Below are positions 61,401 through 64,000 of a stretch of 64,000 bases of DNA, one piece after another; the first letter of the stretch is position 1; every line of letters begins with the position of its first letter. Origin of the DNA: Laetmonice hystrix (Eukaryota); NCBI GenBank assembly GCA_965235115.1, contig OZ249436.1:53322001-53386000 (forward strand). The letters run 5' to 3'. Made by a program: the position numbers and the translations under genes. The notes under the pieces are model-generated. The model saw only the letters and a program-made list of their open reading frames with translations. It made no database searches and was not told the origin of the DNA.

Positions 61401-64000
61401 TTACCTTGACTCCTGAGGTATCCACCAAATATCTGATTTACAACAGTGGTGTCTTTGCTCATTCTGTCCAACCTGTTTAAGAAACAAGAAAAAGATCTTT
61501 TCAAAAACTAATATTCTTGTTATCTTTATAATTTTCCATTTAAAAATTACCCCCATTTTCTACTTGCAGCCACTAGCTAAATGTTTCTCATCTTTGTTAC
61601 CGATATGATGTTCTAACCGAAATCGACCAGGCAAATGTAATAAATCTGAAAGGGGGACAAATAGAAGAATCACACTTTTGAATGGCTTTTGAATCTTTTG
61701 TGAGGCATTATACTAAAAAATGCAAAACATACAAAATCCAGCTGAAAACAGTAATCTTGACCGAGAAATAGCATAAGTTCCAACGGCCACGCCCCCCTCT
61801 GAAATTCACTTTAGAGGCTACCTGTGGCTTGATTACAGGCCAATCAATGCTATTGTCAGGGAATACTTACTTTGGACCTCTTTACGCTATCATATAACTT
61901 CATAAGAAAAATGCAAAGTCAGTCAAAAAAAAACTGTGCCCCTTTAAAGTGACAAGGCCCGAACCTGCTTAAAATAAATATGGGGCAAATTGGGCATTTG
62001 TGGACCTGTCCCATTAAATTTGAGACATCTGAACTTACTTCTCTGAGTAGCCATTCAGGCATGCTTTCTGCATGGCCTCTACCACATAACGAAGGAACTC
62101 ATGAGCATCTTCCTGCCGGCCATACGTGAGGTGTTTGGCAATCACTGGAAGATATAAATTATAACAATGTCTTGAATTCAAGGAATATAAATTAGTGTTC
62201 AGTTCCAGTTTGGTTACTACACACGCAGAAACAAGATGACAATCCGTGCAAGTTTACCTGTAGGATTTCACTAGACCTTGCAGTTTTTAGGGTACTAGAA
62301 TTGCTGGTTTTACACTTTTTTACCTCTGCAGTTGTACTGGGATTTGGGTTTTACACCTTTAATACCGAGGTGATCAATTTTCAGATGTCATGTGGGTATT
62401 TGTTTAGCGCACCTGAATGGATTTTAAGATGTGCTATGGTGTGTGATTGTGCGCCTTAAAAGACAGTCACTGTAGCATTGCCAGACATAAGGACTACTAT
62501 GTGGAACATCCTTTTCACCTACTTTTGATCTTGCCAAGAATGGACTGAGGACAAATGGCACTGTCCTTGTTGGGTAAGCGTGGCTGTTCAAGACATCTCT
62601 TCACGTGACGTTGAAGCTCACACAGCATACAAAATCCAACTTGCTTACCTGTCAACACAAAACTTGTCATTACTCCATCATATAATTTTTTTAAAGGCTT
62701 CTTTTGTGTCAGATCTAATTCAACGAACATCCACAATCCTCATGATGTAGCATTCAGACACTGGATCTTCGGACACACAAATACCATTATTCAGTCTTCC
62801 CTGTTACCAAGCTCAAAAAATAGATGCAAGCAGCCCTGGATATTTTTTCAAGGACAATATTTCCCTATTCTTCACGCTATTAAAAATCCTTTAAATCCAT
62901 TAAACTCTTTCACCATGGTGAGCTGCTCACAACATCACATGTTCTTAACATTCCCACCTGACAGCCAGCAGCAGTTGCTCAAAGGCCTTATCAAGGCTTA
63001 TCATTATGGTCCTTTAACCCCCAGCATGAACATGAAAAAATATTTTGTAACAAAAGCATAATGTTTGCAGCCTGTGGGCCAGGAGCAAAGATGAAACTGG
63101 TTATGGTGTCCGAGCAATCGCTGCCTTGGCCCTTCCCAATCCCAATAATAGCTACCTCTGAAGTCAGGCACAGCTGACTTACACTTGTACGTGTGCTCAT
63201 TGCTGTACAGGTAGTTGACAAGCGGTGCTGTGTAAGTCAAGCACTGAAGGATACTGTTGACATAACAGTTGTTGTTATTGTTGCGCAGACCAACGCCGAT
63301 ATGCCGTGGGTGCTTCCATTCCAGCTGTACCTTCTCTGCTGGGTAGAGTACTAGTGCAGGTCTAGGGATGCCATCTCCTGCATCAGCTGATCCCGTCATA
63401 GCTACAATATATATAGATGTACCTTATGTAAAACATCTGACATTTTAGAAAAATTCTGGCTTTTGTTGAAAAATCTGACCTGGTACCAACACTGTATTTA
63501 TAATGGCATACTTATAATCGGGCAAATAGAGCGAAAAACTGAACATGTTTAATACACCAGTTAAAGAGGCAAGTGAAGCATATCCTCAACATATCCGAAA
63601 GTAGTCAATTGTGGCTCGGACTGATATAAATACACAAATGTATGTCAATTGATGGACACATGCTGACCACTTGGTGTTCTTGAAATCAATTTGGAACATG
63701 AGGTACTTCATACAAAATCTAGAAATTCATACAAAAAACTGATTTTGCAAAGTAAACAGCCATCCCATGATTACTTAAAGTTAAACTGACATCCATTTTA
63801 CAATATGTAAGCTGAGAAACCACACAATCATGCATCCTTTTTTCTATTCTACAAAATAAACTTACTTTTAACATTTGTGGTATATCCATTCAAAACAACC
63901 TCATTTTTGCTTTTTTGGTTGAGAGGAGAAGGTCCACTTGGTGTCTCCTTTGCTTGTAATGAGTTAAGAGGAGTGTATTTTGAACGCAACACTTCTAGTT
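52436..64000 (-). CDS. USP36: Ubiquitin carboxyl-terminal hydrolase 36 (USP36/USP42 family); 5' end lies beyond the window
   Basis: Exons (-): >64000-63866 ([12 protein letters not shown]), 63401-63183 (GDGIPRP...Cys box [14 protein letters not shown]), 62648-62523, 62144-62039 ([12 protein letters not shown]), 61472-61405, 60958-60888, 60454-60294, 60189-60096, 59760-59635 (His box LYAVLVH...GHYYCYV...NDS), 59190-59092 (AYLLFY), 58778-58703, 58354-56780 (low-complexity, KHKKKK), 56378-56223, 53866-53751 ([14 protein letters not shown]36-type tail), 53296-53183, 52612-52436. Phases are consistent. Confidence 0.93.
52684..52960. mobile_element. Degenerate Kolobok-like MITE (TTAA-AGG end); related inverted copy at ~61795-61948
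   Basis: TTAAAGGAGCACA...TGTGCCCCTTT. The internal GATTGGC.TGTAATCAAGCCACAGG is shared in reverse complement with ~61820-61846; that copy ends TGTGCCCCTTTAA. Confidence 0.55.
53950..56020. mobile_element. Transib-like non-autonomous DNA transposon (2071 bp), 52-bp perfect TIRs, 5-bp TSD, in a USP36 intron
   Basis: CTCAT|CACTGGCTACACACTGATCATCGTAACGCGCGTTACGCTGATCCAAGATGGA ... exact reverse complement ending GCCAGTG|CTCAT. Subterminal CGCGTTACGGGTATCA repeats occur at ~55725, 55747, 55781 and inverted at ~54175. No transposase ORF. Confidence 0.88.
59322..59612. mobile_element. hAT-like MITE (291 bp) with TTTTCCAGGA repeats and a 5-bp TSD
   Basis: ATTGA|CATGGTTCGTAGAGT ... AGTCTGCGAACCCTG|ATTGA (imperfect TIR); ~10 internal TTCCAGGA repeats. 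Confidence 0.75.

Overview
Eukaryotic (invertebrate animal-type) genomic DNA, not prokaryotic. 1-15.9 kb is the edge of a tandem array of ~830-bp monomers (19 full copies plus one partial) with an incipient 6-mer (4997 bp) higher-order block. 16.0-20.5 kb is a 4.5-kb foldback-like element whose long inverted arms are built from ~157-bp tandem repeats. Five protein-coding genes can be assembled from splice sites: (1) a divergent non-alpha nicotinic-receptor-like Cys-loop channel subunit (+, 22394-27812) with a duplicated, apparently mutually exclusive 110-nt ligand-binding exon; (2) COP9 signalosome subunit 3 (+, 14 coding exons, 31405-43259); (3) an intronless GT92-like glycosyltransferase nested antisense in COPS3 intron 6; (4) an AROS/RPS19BP1-like gene (-) with a 5'-truncated LINE in intron 3; (5) USP36 (-, 5' end beyond the window). 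Introns carry many non-autonomous DNA transposons with 2, 3, 5, 6, 7 and 8-bp target-site duplications. The palindrome TAGGCCTA is strongly over-represented and can be seen arising as a 6-bp insertion at TA sites in two unrelated repeats. All calls were made by eye, without database searches.
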